Assembly: GCF_006345805.1 (NCBI RefSeq)
Contig: NC_043023.1
Coordinates: 7,874,001-7,938,000, forward strand
Origin: Octopus sinensis
Lineage: Eukaryota
DNA: 64,000 nucleotides
Direction: 5' to 3'
Shown here: positions 1-13,491 of the stretch, in pieces
Position numbering within the stretch: the stretch's first letter is position 1
Layout: every line of letters begins with the position of its first letter
Position numbers and translations under genes: made by a program
Notes under the pieces: generated by a model
What the model saw: the letters and a program-made list of their open reading frames with translations, nothing else
The model's database searches: none
Told to the model about the DNA's origin: nothing

Positions 1-299
1 TTCAGTCCCACTGCATCGCACCTTGAGCAAGTGTTTCTACTATAGCCTTGGGCCGACCAAAGCCTTGTTAGTGGATTTGGTAGATGGAAACTGAAAGAAG
101 CCCATCGTATATATATATATATGTGTGTGTGTGTATGTATATGTTTGTGTGTCTGTGTTTGTCTCTCTGTCATCGCTTGACAACCGATGCTGGTGTAATT
201 ATGTCCCTGTCACTTAGCGGTTCAGCAAGAAAGACCGATAGAATAAGTACTAGGCATGGCCGCAGTCAAATGACTGAAACAAATAAAAGAAAAAGAATA

Positions 300-730
300 T
301 ATTGATTTACCTGTATATAACGAGAAACCAGACTAATACCACTCCAAATGTTATTCTACCTGGCATAAACACCTGGTATCCTACCTAACATAAAACACAT
401 CATAAAGGAATTATATCACCTAAAACCAGACTATTACAATTTCAGGTGTGTTAATTAATTTACCTGTATGAAACAAGTTATTGATATTGTGTCACCAGAG
501 ACTAGAATATTACCATTCCATGTGTTTTATTACCTTACCTGTCATAAAACACCTGGTATTTCATCTGACATAAAATATAAGTTACAGGAATCATATTATT
601 AGAAACTAAACTACTACAAACCCAGGTGTGTTAATTAACTTACCTGTATGAAACAAGTCATTGATATTGTATCACCAGAAACTAGAATATTACCTGTCAT
701 AACACACCTGGTTTTCACCTGACATTAAAC
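300..730. repeat. Degenerate ~180-bp tandem repeat rich in (C/T)ACCTG
   Basis: CAGGTGTGTTAATTAA(T/C)TTACCTGTATGAAACAAG recurs about 180 bp apart; a related stretch lies at 5520-5880. Confidence 0.7.
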
Positions 731-1168
731 ATATAATCTTTTCCTCTATTACTTGTTTCAGTCATTTGACTGCGGCCATGCTGGAGTACTGCCTTTAGTT
801 GAGCAAATCAACCCCAGGACTTATTCTTTGTAAGCCTAGTACTTATTCTATCGGTCTATTTTGCCGAACTGCTAAATTATGGGGATGTAAACACACCAGC
901 ATCAGTTGTCAAGCAATGTTGGGGGGGACAAACACAGACACACAAACATATACACACACATACATACATATATATACATATATATATATATATACATATA
1001 TATGACGGGCTTCTTTCAGTTTCCGTCTAGCAAATCCACTCACAAGGCTTTGGTTGGCCTGAGGCTATATTAGAAGACACTTGCCTAAGGTGCCATGCAG
1101 TGGGACTGAACCCAGGACCATGTGGTTCATAAGCAAGCTACTTACCACACAGCCACTCCTATGCCTAC

Positions 1169-1324
1169 TTGTTGCCAACCCTCGCCTTACTGACAGCGTC
1201 CCTGTACATGGCTTTCACAGCTCTCACTAACCATTCATCAATCCCTAGTTTCCTCATTGACCACCAGATAAGGGTTCGGGGAACCCTGTCAAAGGCTTTC
1301 TCCATGTCAATGAAAGCCAGGTAC
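1169..1324 (-). mobile_element. RTE-clade LINE reverse transcriptase fragment
   Basis: Minus strand translates YLAFIDMEKAFDRVPRTLIWWSMRKLGIDEWLVRAVKAMY (RT motif FxDxxKAFD). Confidence 0.8.
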
Positions 1325-1877
1325 ACATATATATGATGGGTTTCTTTTAGTTTCCATCTACCAGGAATAAAGAAAATCTGTTCATCTGCTTAGCATCATC
1401 TGGTTAGGTATCTTATCTGGAGCAACACAACCCTTCCACACCAGATGTCCTGATCATGTGAGACAGCCTGAACATCTGGCTTGGGTTTTAGTTATATTGG
1501 TCTTTTGGTAGCTGAAATAATTTATCTGTGCATGCCACAACCACAAATGGTAGCAGTAGTTCATTAACTGAACTGGTTGATTTTGGCTGTTAACAGTTTG
1601 TTGTCTGTTCATCTGCTTAGCCTCACCCAGACCAATGCAATTCTTCCACACCAGATGTCCTGATCAAGCAATGGAGCATGATTCTCAGGCTTCAGCTTGA
1701 GTCATAGTTATGACGCGAGTATACACATCTGGTGTAAAATGGTATTACAAATATAAATAGTTGGCTGTGGTTTATCTAAAAATAGCCCATCACAGAAATT
1801 ATATGTTAACACAGATGCACTCCGTATTACTCAAATATAGGTACAATACTCAATATTCATTGTTCAACTACTGACTG

Positions 1878-2595
1878 TTAACCCTTTCGTTACTGTATTT
1901 ATTTTGAGATGCTCTGTGTTTCTTTCAATTACATTAAATATTACAAAGAATTTAGTAAAATAACTTACTTATCATTTAGCTAGTGTTAGGAACATAAATT
2001 GTGACTAAGGAAGATTTTATTAATTCAAAACTTATGAAAACAAGACATTTGTACTCAGAGCCAGAGGCAGTCTCAGCTGGGTTGGTACCAAAAGGGTTAA
2101 GAATTGTTTCACTATTATATATCTTAACCCTTTTGTTACCATATTTCTGTTAAGATGCTCTGTGTTTCATTCAATTAATTTTAAATATAACAAAGAATTT
2201 AGTTATCATTCAGCTAGTGTTAGGAACATAAATTGTGACTAAAGTTTGGTGGAAGATTTTATTAATTCAAAACTTAGGAAAACAAGACATTTGTACTTAG
2301 AGCCAGAGGTGGTTTCAGCAGGATTGGTATCAAAAGGGTTAAGAATTGTTTCTCTATTATATATTTTAACCCTTTCATTACCGTATTTATTTTGAGATGC
2401 TCTGTGTTTCTTTCAATTAATTTTAAATATAACACAGAATTTAGTAAAATAAGTTGGTTATCATTAAGCTAGTGTTAGGAACATAAGTTGTGACTAAGGT
2501 TTGGTGGAAGATTTTAATTCAAAACTTGTGGAAACAAGACATTTGTACCACAGAGCCAGAGGCAGTTTCAGCCGGGTTGGTAACGAAAGAGTTAA
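1878..2595. mobile_element. Tandem trimer of a piggyBac-like MITE
   Basis: Three 211-222-bp units (1882-2096, 2128-2338, 2370-2591), each with CCCTTTYGTTACC TIRs flanked by TTAA and separated by the same ~23-bp linker. Confidence 0.85.
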
Positions 2596-2674
2596 ACCAA
2601 CACACATCAGACTAACATGGTCAAAATAACACCCTCAACTACCCCTTGACAGTCCACTCAATTCTTATTTATTG

Positions 2675-2990
2675 TGGTAGACCCAGGAAGACCTGGGATG
2701 AGGTGGTTAAGCATGACCTTCGAACATTGGGCCTCACCGAGGCAATGACTAGTGACTGGAATTTTTGGAAATATGCTGTGCTTGAGAAGACTTGGCAAGC
2801 CAAGTGAGACTGTAATCTGTGGCCTATGCCAGGGTTGTAACCAGCCCACTTATCCTTCATTGGATACTAAATCTGCTTGCGAAGACCTGTTGAGACAATC
2901 GAAATCAAATTTGATGACTGGCATCCATGCTAGTGGAGCACTAAGAGTAACATCAAAGCGGAATCGTTGCCAGTGGCATGTAAAAGCAGC
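2675..2990 (+). mobile_element. RTE LINE ORF2 C-terminus / 3' UTR fragment
   Basis: GRPRKTWDEVVKHDLRTLGLTEAM; homologous to the copies at 28430 and 40310. Confidence 0.75.
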
Positions 2991-3096
2991 ATATATATAT
3001 ATGTATATGTACACACACGCACATAAATATATATGTGTGTGTACATATATAAATATGTACACATATATATACATGCATATATATATATATATGTAC

Positions 3097-3133
<37 letters not shown>

Positions 3134-4180
3134 TTATATATATATACTCTTTTACTTATTTCAGTCATTTGACTGCGGCCATGCTGGATCACTGCCTTTA
3201 GTCGAGCAAATCGACCCCAGGACTTATTCTTTGTAAGCCTAGTACTTATTCTGTCGGTCTCTTTTGCCGAATCGCTAAGTTATGGGGACATGAACACACC
3301 AGCGATTTTGGGAGGAGACAGACACATAAACACACACATATATATATACAAATACACGACAGGCTTCTTTCAGTTTCCGTCTACCAAATCCACTTACAAG
3401 GCTTTGGTCGGCCTGAGGCTATAGTAGAAGACACTTGCCCAAAGTGCCACGCAGTGGGACTGAACCCAGAACCATGTGGTTGGTAAGGAAGCTACTTACC
3501 ACACAGCCACTCCTGCGCCTATCTTAGGGTAGCAAAAATATTTATTAAAAATTCTTTAATTTTAGTGAGAAGGAAAAATTTAGGCAATAGACTATACATT
3601 ATTCATAGAAAAATACAATGTACATGCAAAAACATACGAGATAACCAAATAATAGGATATCTGACTCTCTAGAAAGAGCAGTTAAAACTCCAAGCCACTA
3701 ATAGTTGCAATTCTGAAAGGGAATGAAAAATGAAAACATTTACCGTTTTTCATTCCCTTTCAGAATTGCAACTATTAGTGGCTTGGAGTTTTAACTGCTC
3801 TTTCTGGTGAGTCAGATATCCTATTATATGGTTATCACTTATGTGTTTGAATGTACACTGTATTTATATATATATATATATATAGTCATTATAGATATAG
3901 GGTGAAATATAATTAATTTAATAAAATCAACAAATTTCACCTAGTAGTATTTCGGTATGGAAAGGACCATATTTGGTTAAAATTTATATAATTATAACAA
4001 TAAGGGTTTTTTGCAACAAGTTGCTTAAACCACATACTGAAAATATTAGAAATAGCAGCCAAAAAACTACTATTTCTTTTACTACAAAAATAAGTCTCCA
4101 CAGACAACAATATATGGAATGTCGCTTGGTCGAAAATATAAAAGGTAGGTTTTCCTAGCATTTCTAGATTTATGGGAAAT

Positions 4181-4238
4181 ATTATGTTGATAAGGAGATG
4201 AACCTTACGATTCTAATTCAGAAACGTGCGTCCATAAT
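4181..4238 (+). ncRNA. Decayed hammerhead motif
   Basis: ATTATG/CATAAT stem I; core reads TTGATAA (two transitions from CTGATGA); GAAA CGTGCG TC with wobble-palindromic stem III. Confidence 0.5.
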
Positions 4239-4574
4239 TAATCCGAAGACTGTGTGATTTCGCTGTTTTTCTTCTTTGTTTTGCCATATGTGAGTTACAA
4301 ATACTGTTGTCTGTGGAGACTTATTTTTGTAGTAAAAGAAATAGTAGTTTTTTGGCTGCTATTTCTAATATTTTCAGTATGTGGTTTAAGCAACTTGTTG
4401 CAAAAAACCCTTATTATTATAATTATACATATATATATATATAAATGAATGAAAGAATGGAGTCGAACGAAGATGTTAACAAAACGGATTTTTTAAAAGA
4501 AACACTCATTATCGCTGTGATCACCATGTAGGCAATCATCAAAATTTTTGTTCGTCTTGTGGTTGAGAGAGGCT

Positions 4575-4668
4575 CCTTATCTTTCCTGATGAGAAGATTG
4601 CATAATGTACCTTTTATTCGTTCGGAATAAAAATATGCTGTCTTCGAAACATATGTCGAGAGTAAAGG
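4575..4668 (+). ncRNA. Type I hammerhead ribozyme motif with extended stem II
   Basis: Stem I CTTTC/GAGAG; CTGATGA 4586-92; stem II GAAGA...TCTTC (4593-4645); GAAA 4646-49; palindromic stem III ACATATGT; GUC triplet with predicted cleavage after 4657. Confidence 0.8.
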
Positions 4669-5293
4669 AATTTTGTTAACATCTTCGTTCGACTCCATTC
4701 TTTCATTTACTAATATACAACGCAGAAATTTCTACACAAGAAACCGGAGTTTCTACCCTTGACAAGTCGCTTCAACCGTGTTTTCTGACATGAATTTGCT
4801 ACCCAGGTATCGGTTAATCGAATTATCCATGCTGACGATAAACATAGGATAATTCATTCACCTACTTAAATATATATATATATAAGTACAAAGTAAGATA
4901 GGGGTTATGAGTGTAACCCACTATGGGATATCAGTTATCCAATATACTGCCAGTAAAGTACCCAGAAAGGCTAATACATAAATGCTAAGAATTGCAATGC
5001 AATTAATTCATTTATTGTATTATATGGGTGAAGGTAAAATGTTTTACCTCAAATTCATAATACAAAATAAGAAAATGGAGGAATAGATTTCTATCAATCA
5101 TCAACTACTAGATTATACCAATTCATATAATTTATTAACTAATTATTTAGATTAAATAGCTGTATTATTCTGTTGGATTTGGATGTTCCTATTTAATCTA
5201 AATAATTAGTTAATAAACTATATGAATTGGTATTATCTAGTAGTTGATGATTGAAAGAAATCTATTCCTTCATTTTCATATTTGGTATATATA

Positions 5294-5326
<33 letters not shown>

Positions 5327-6309
5327 CATGTGTATGTATATTTATATATCCAGCTGTATATATGTACCTGCAACACCCACTGACTACTAGTGTTGCTTTG
5401 TTTACGTCCCCATAACTTCAAACTGATAGAATAAGCACTGGGGTTAGTTAGTCTAAGCTAAACCCTTAAAGGCAGTACCCCAGCTCAAAGACCAAAGCAG
5501 GTAAAAGATGAAAGATAACATTATTTCAGGTATGTTATAATCTACCTGTTTTATCAATCACCTGTTAACGAGACACCTGGAACATATAAACAAGTTTTCA
5601 GTATCATTGAAACAGCAATTAAACTAATTCCATTCCAAATGGAGTTATAATTTACCTGTGTTATTAATTACCTGTTAATAACACCTGGAAACAAGTTATT
5701 GGTAATATTTAATTAAAAACTTGACAATCACCTGTGCAGGTGTGCTATTAATTTACCTGTATAAGACATGTCAATGATATTGTTATTAATTTGATTGTTT
5801 TAAAGCTTAAGTTTATGGCATCGTGTCTCCGCACACCTATCACCATTACTAGATGGGATGTAATTAACTTTCCTGTATAAAAACACTAATTAAATACTGC
5901 TATACTCTCTTTTACTTGTTTCAGTCATTTGACTGCGGCCATGCTGGAGCACCGCCTTTAATCGAGCAACTCGACCCTGGGACTTATTCTTTTGTAAGCC
6001 CAGTACTTATTCTATCGCTCTCTTTTGCCGAACCGCATCGGTTGTCAAGCAATGCTAGGGGGACAAATACAGACACACAAACACATTACATGCATATATA
6101 TATACATATATACGATGGGCTTCTTTCAGTTTCCGTCTACCAAATCCACTCACAAGGCTTTGGTCGGCCTGAGGCTATAGTAGAAGACACTTGCCCAAGG
6201 TGCCACGCAGTGGGACTGAACCCGGAACCATGTGGTTGGTAAACAAGCTACTTACCACACAGCCACTCCTGCGCCTATATCATGTTTTAATTTTAATAAT
6301 TAGTGTGTT

Positions 6310-6600
6310 CACACCCCATGATATGTTATTTTGCTTTTATGGGTGTTTTTTACAAAGAGGGTTCCTGTGACAAAAGTATATAACCTTTGAATCTGTCTAA
6401 TATATTCTTGTGAAGTCATATTTATGCATTCAAGTGTATTTGGACATGAAAAGACCTTCCACTCTGAAAATAGTCTTGGGAGAAATTTCTCTTTCTCTAA
6501 ACATGTGTGAAAACACATTGATTTGTGAATGATGCCATTGGATCATAGAACAAATACATTTCTGCATCCTTTCACTTCATCAGCTATGAGCACCAAATCT
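6310..6600 (-). mobile_element. Heavily decayed Tc1-like transposase relic
   Basis: Frame-shifted SDEK..DP-NG..EKEKFLPRLFSEWKVFS..MTSQEYI loosely follows the Tc1 SDE..DGPDG..W..FS..MNS.EY order. Confidence 0.3.
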
Positions 6601-7419
6601 GTTATTCACAGCCCAAATAAAAATGAAATTATTCTTATTAAAACAACATATAATCCATTTGCTAATGTCCCTGAATAAGGCTAGGTCAAACTAGAATTAG
6701 TGATGCCCAAAGCAGCATTGAATAAAATATATGCTGGATTAATACAGATGACATTGCGATGTCATTTTAATTTTCTCCTAGTCCAAGTTCTCTTTCTTTA
6801 ATTAAATCTTTAATAAATAATTCTAAATTTTGACACAAAACTGGCAGTTTTGTATTTGACTGGTACTTTATTTTATCAGCATTTAAATCCAAAATTCTAC
6901 AACACTACATAATCAGCATTTAAATCTAAAATTCTACAACACTACATATAATTCTAAATCTGAAATTTTCTGCAACTGTAAGCACTTGGATAAATATCTT
7001 TGGACACCAACCTCTCTGGATTCAGCAGTTGTCTCACAGACTTTTGGACTCCTCACTGATGAATTAGTCTCCAGTTAGATTAATTATGATTTCTACAGTC
7101 AAAGGGGATATAACTCTTAATTTCTTTTTCTAATTTATTCACCCTTTGTTTTCTCATGCCATTTTTCTGCATCAACCTTCTGCTCATGGTTTTTCATGTA
7201 CCAGCATCTTGATTTTCAAATAGAGCCTAAAAATTACTTTAATTTTCTTTCTTTTCCCATTTTTATTCATCCTCTGTCTTCCACTTTTTCTGTCAACCTT
7301 CTTCTGGTTCAGAGCCTGGTGATTGCTTGGAGATACAAGGTACGTTATATAAATCTGCCTAACCTTAGTGTTACTTTGGCAAGGAACTACTAGCTCTTAT
7401 TTTAAGTAATGTGTATATT

Positions 7420-7925
7420 GTGGAGGCACGTGGCTTAGTGGTTAGGGTCTCAGCATCATGATCGTAAGATTGTGGTTTCGATTCCTGGACCGGGTGACAC
7501 GTTGTGTTGTTGAGCAAAACACTTCATTTCATGTTGCTCCAGTCCACTCAGCTGGAAAAAAGGAGTAACGCTGCGAAGGACTGGCGTCCCGTCCAGCTGG
7601 GGAACACATACGCCATAGAAACCGGGAAAGCGGGCCCATGAACCTGGCTAGGCTTTGAAAGGGCGCATTTGTGGAGGCAAAATGGCCCAGTGGTTAGGGT
7701 AGTGGACTCATGGTCGGAGAATCGCAGTTTCAATTCCCAGACCAGGCGTTGTGTGTGTTTATTGAGCAAAAACACCTAAAAGCTCCACGAGGCTCCGGCA
7801 AGGGGTAGCGGCAAACGCTGTTGTACTCTTTTGTCACAACTTTCTCACACTCTTTCTTCCAGTTTCTTGAGTAACGCTGCAATGTACTGGCTTCCCGTCC
7901 AGCTGAGGGGGAACACATACACCAC
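7420..7925 (+). mobile_element. Two adjacent tRNA-derived CORE-type SINEs of related families
   Basis: Heads at 7420 and 7671, both with A/B boxes and TTGAGCAAAACAC; shared 3' block GAGTAACGCTGC.A.G.ACTGGC.TCCCGTCCAGCTG..GGGAACACATAC. Confidence 0.75.
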
Positions 7926-7968
7926 AAATATATATATACATCATCATCATCGTTTATATATATATATG

Positions 7969-7999
<31 letters not shown>

Positions 8000-8220
8000 A
8001 TTCTTTTTTTCTTTTACTTGTTTGTCATTTTGACTGTGGCCACGCTGGAGCACTACCTTTAGTCAAACAAATTGACCTTAGGACTTATTCTATGTAAACC
8101 TAGTAGTTATTCTATCGGTCTCTTTTACCGTACTGCTAAGTTACGGGGACGTAAACACACCAGCATTGGTTATCAAGCAACGTTGCGGAGGGGGTGACAA
8201 ACACAGACACACAAACATAC

Positions 8221-8251
<31 letters not shown>

Positions 8252-8653
8252 CATATACACGACAGGCTTCTTTCAGTTTCCGTCTACCAAATTCACTCAC
8301 CAGGTTTTGGTCGGTCCGAAGCTAAAGTAGAAGACACTTGTCCAAGGTGCCATGCAGTGGGACTGAGCCCGGAACCATGTGGTTGGTAAGCAAGCTACTT
8401 ACCACACAGCCACTCCTACACCTGATTAACAGGTGACGGTCTCGTTTAGAGAATGAGTGGGCTAAGACTACGCGCCCTACATTGGTCAGTTGAAGTTGAG
8501 ACAGTGTCATGTGATAACTTGCTGGGGCTGCCTGCTGGAGCCTAGCAGCAGGTATTTAAAGGGAAATTTGACAAGACAGTCAGTCGCCCACTGACACTCG
8601 ACGCTACATCGAAGAGGCCAGGGAACAGAAGAAATGAGGCATGCAATCAACAC

Positions 8654-8743
8654 CAGAGCTGAAGACACCTCCGACAGGGGCGGGGAGCTGTCACATCAAA
8701 ACGGTAGAGGAGTAGGGGCCGAAACCAGACTTGGTTCCTCCTG
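8654..8743 (+). ncRNA. Possible decayed hammerhead in a unique GC-richer island
   Basis: CAGAG CTGAAGA [55 nt] GAAA CCA-GACT-TGG TTC CTC-CTG. Stem III and a partial stem I form, but stem II closure is poor. Confidence 0.3.
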
Positions 8744-10349
8744 ATGATGTCTTGAGCTAACTGGATCCTATAAAGGAGCTGTTGTGGTAGCAGACCACAA
8801 AACGCGGTTGAAATTCCTAAAATTACTATTTTTTAATCTCACAACGGGAGATATTCAGCAACAGTACTTTGTAGTATAAAAGCACTGGTTTACATAAGTC
8901 TTTATCCCAATTCCCTTTCCATTAGCAAATCACAAAATTCCTTTAAATAACCTACAGAAGCAAGTCCACTTGCACCATTACCACAGGCAATGGCAAGGCC
9001 AAGGTGTTGGAAAAGCTGAGCATGCTCATGGACCTCACCTGATACCTCGTTAAAGCAAACCATCCATGATATTATATCATCATCTGTGACTGACGAAAAT
9101 TTCCGGAATTTTCAATTTGGGTAGAAAATTTTCTCTTCCTAGGTAAATACTCTTTCACTCTTTTACTTGTTTCAGTCATTTGACTGCGGCCATGCTGGAG
9201 CACCACCTTTAGTCGACTAAATCGACCCCAGGACTTATTCTTTTGTAAGCCTGGTACTTATTCTATCGGGCTCTCTTTTGCCGAACCGCTAAGTTACAAG
9301 GACGTAAACACACCAGCATCGGCTGTCAAGCGATGTTGGAGGGACAAACACAGACACACAAACACACATCATCATCATCATCGTTTAGCGTCCGCTTTCC
9401 GTGCTAGCATGGGTTGAACGGTTTGACTGGGGTCTGGGAAACCAGGAGGCTGTACCAGACTCCAGTCTGATCTGGCAGTGTTTCTACAGCCGGATCCCCT
9501 TCCTAACGTCAACCACTCCGCGAGTGTAGAGGGTGCCTTTTACGTGCCACCGGCACAGGTGCCAGGGGACTCTGGCAGCGGCCACGATCGGTTGGTGCTT
9601 TTAATGTGCCACCATATATATATACATATATACGACGGGCTTCTTTCAGTTTCCGTCTACCAAATCCACTCACAAGGCTTTGGTCGGCCCAAGGCTATAG
9701 TAGAAGACACTTGCCAAAGGTGCCACGCAGTGGGACTGAACCCGGAACCATGTGGCTGGTAAGCAAGCTACTTACCACACAGCCACTCCTGCACCTATAA
9801 ATAAAACATTTTTTTCTGAAAAAAATTAGATAAATTGCAAAAATTGTTGGATTTAGGTATCTCGAAATCTAGACATGATGATAAAAACTGGATTCCGTTT
9901 TGGGATTTGGCATATCTGATACACCTTTAAATCAGGTAAAAACATCCTGACAACGAAATACCTGTTGGATTGTGTGATTAAATATACAGATATTATTTTC
10001 CCCTTTTTAAAATTTCACCCAAATATTACAAAAACAACAAAAACAAATACTTTTTTTTTTTAATTTCAAATTTTTAAAAATAAATTTATATATATATATA
10101 TATAAATAGATATAAAATAAAAATAAAAATAAAAGGCAAATTATGTTTTTTAAAATTATTCTTTTTTTTATTATTATTATTATTCATCTTTCTGTGAGTT
10201 TCCAACTTCAGTTTATGGAAAATAAAAAAAAATAAAAATTATGAAACAAACTCAACGTAACGAGTTCAGTTTGAAAATTAAAACTGATTAGAAAGAAAAT
10301 GGGATTTCAAAAAAGTTTTTATAAGTCCTTTTTGTTTTCGTTTTTAAAT

Positions 10350-10353
10350 TGAT

Positions 10354-10407
<54 letters not shown>

Positions 10408-10541
10408 ATATATATGTTATATATATGTATATATGTATATATATATATATATATTATATATATGTATATATATGTATATATATAGTATGTTGTGTATGTA
10501 TATATATATATATATGTATATATGTGTATGTATATATATGT

Positions 10542-10572
<31 letters not shown>

Positions 10573-10596
10573 GTATATATATATGTATGTGTGTAT

Positions 10597-10632
<36 letters not shown>

Positions 10633-10708
10633 GTATATATATATATATGTATATATATATGTATGTGTTTATGTATATAATATATATATATGTGTATGTA
10701 TATATATG

Positions 10709-10745
<37 letters not shown>

Positions 10746-10802
10746 GTATATATATATATGTATATATATATATATGTGTATATATATATATATGTGAATA
10801 TA

Positions 10803-10841
<39 letters not shown>

Positions 10842-10975
10842 ATATATATATATATATGTGTATATATATATATATATGTATATATATGTGTGTATATTAT
10901 ATATATATATACATATGTATATATATATGTGTATATATATGTATATATATATGTGTGTGTATATATATATATATA
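10350..10975. repeat. (TA)n/(TG) microsatellite
   Basis: Direct inspection; similar tracts at 11715-12165, 29480-29740, 42400-43000 and 58840-59325. Confidence 0.97.
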
Positions 10976-11109
10976 TTTTTATTTATTTGAAATGCATTTA
11001 ACTGAAAAAAAATAATAAAATTCGAGGGAAATATACAAGAGAATTACATAATTGAAAAAAAAATTCTTTGACTTAAATTAATAATAATAATAATAATAAT
11101 AATGGTGAC

Positions 11110-11588
11110 GATTTCATTTATTGGCCACAAGGGCTTGATATAATAATAGTAATAATAATAATAATGATAATAAATTTTTTGCGGGGGTGGACTAGTCCAT
11201 TAATGAACTCCAGTGCTTAACTGGTACTTGTTTTATCAACCCCCTCTCCCCAAAGGGATGAAAGGCAAAGTCGACCTTGGCAGAATTTGAACTCAGAACG
11301 TAAAGCTAGAAGAATCGCAGCTAAGCACTTTTGCCCGGGGCAGTAACGATTCAGCCAGCCCACCACTTAAATAATAATAATAATCCTTTCTACTATGGAC
11401 ACAAAGCCTGACATTTTGGTGGGGGAAGGGTAAGTCAATTACATCGACCCCAGTGTACAACTGGTACTTATTTCATCAGGATGAAAGGCAAAGTTGGCCC
11501 TGACGGAATTCAAACTCATGGGAAATACTGCTAAGCATTTTGCCCAGCGTGCTAACAATTCTGTCAGCTTGCCACCTTAATAATAATA

Positions 11589-11627
<39 letters not shown>

Positions 11628-12096
11628 GTCCTTTCTACTGGAAGCACAAAGCCTCAAATTTGGGGGAAGGGATTAAGTCGATTACATTGACCCCAGTGCA
11701 TAACTAGTAATTATACATGTATATATATATATATATGTATATCATCATCATATGTATATATATGTGTATATATATATATGTGTATATATATATATGTATA
11801 TATGTGTATATATATATGTGTATATATGTGTATATATATATGTATATATATGTGTATATATATGTGTGTATATATATGTGTATATATATGTATATATATG
11901 TGTATATATATGTATATATATGTGTATATATGTGTATATATATATGTATATATGTGTATATATATATATGTATATATATGTGTATATATATATATGTATA
12001 TATATGTGTATATATATATGTATATATGTATATATGTATATGTATGTATGTATATATAGTATGTATATATGTATATATGTATGTATATATATATAT

Positions 12097-12161
<65 letters not shown>

Positions 12162-12506
12162 TATATGAAAGGATGAAAGGCAAAGTCGACCTTGGCGGAC
12201 TTTGAACTCGGAACATAGCAGCAGACGAAATACCGCTAAGCAGTTTTGCCCAGCGTGCTAACGATTCTGCCAGCTTACTGCCCTAATTATAATAATAATA
12301 ATTCTTTCTACTATAGGCACAAATTTTGGGCAGGGGAACATCAATTACATTGATCCCAGTACACAACTGGTACTTATTCCACCGACCCCCAATAGGATGA
12401 AAGGCAAAGCCAGCCTCGGCAGATTTTGAACTCAGAGTGTGCAAATGGACAAAATGATGCCAAGCATTTCACCTGGCTTGCTAAGGATTCTATCAGCTCA
12501 CTGCCT

Positions 12507-12549
<43 letters not shown>

Positions 12550-13456
12550 GGCGCAGGAGTGGCTGTGTGGTAAGTAGCTTGCTTACCAACCACATGGCTC
12601 CGGGTTCAGTCCCACTGCGTGACACCTTGGGCAAGTGTCTTCTACTATAGCTCGGGCCAACTAAAGCCTTGAGAGTGGACTTGGTAGACGGAAACTGAAA
12701 GAAGCCCATTGTATATATGTATGTATATATATATATGTACGTGTGTGTGTATACGTTTGTGTGTCTGTGTTTGTCCCCCCAACATTGCTTGACAACCGAT
12801 GCTGGTGTGCTTACGTCCCCGTAACTTAGCGGTTCGGCAAAAGAGACCGATAGAATAAGTACTGGGCTTACAAAGAATAAGTCCTGGGGTCGATTTGCTC
12901 GACTAAAGGCGGTGCTCCAGCATGGTCACAGTCAAATGACTGAAACAAGTAAAAGAGTAATAATGATTATTATTATTATAATCTTTTCTACTAAAGGCAC
13001 AAGGCCTGGAATTTTGGGGAGAAAGGGTCTCGCTAATTACACTGGCTCCAGTATTTGACTGGTTACTTATTTAATTGAACTCAAAAGGATAAAAGGTAAA
13101 AGTAGACCTCAGTAGGATTTGAACCCAGAATGGAAAGAGGAGCCAAAAATGCAGTCAAACATTTTGCCTGGCGTGCTAATGATTCTGCCAAGTTGCCGCC
13201 TTAATAATAATGATAACAATAATGATAAAAATGATAATAATAATCCTTATTACTGGAAGCACGAGGCCTCAAATTTGGGGAAAGGGATTAAGTCGATTAC
13301 ATTGACCCCCCGGTACATAACTGGTACTTATTTAATCGACCTTGAAAGGATGAAAGGCAAAGTCGACCTCGGCGGAATTTGAACTCTGAATGTAGACATG
13401 AAATACCGCTAAGCATTTCACCCGGCGTGCTAACGATTCTGCCAGCTTGCCGGATG

Positions 13457-13491
<35 letters not shown>

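Noticed and set aside
7420-7500. Functional tRNA genes at SINE heads
   Set aside because: A/B boxes are present but acceptor and anticodon stems are imperfect, and each continues into a SINE body.
7056-9096. Isolated CTGANGA cores at 7056 and 9090 (also 4832, 26973, 38694)
   Set aside because: No compatible stem II-GAAA-stem III-NUH-stem I arrangement could be built.
10349-12216. Long ORFs of Y/I/M/C/V residues (also at 25236, 29379, 42352 and elsewhere)
   Set aside because: Translations of (TA)n/(TG)n microsatellites, which lack stop codons.
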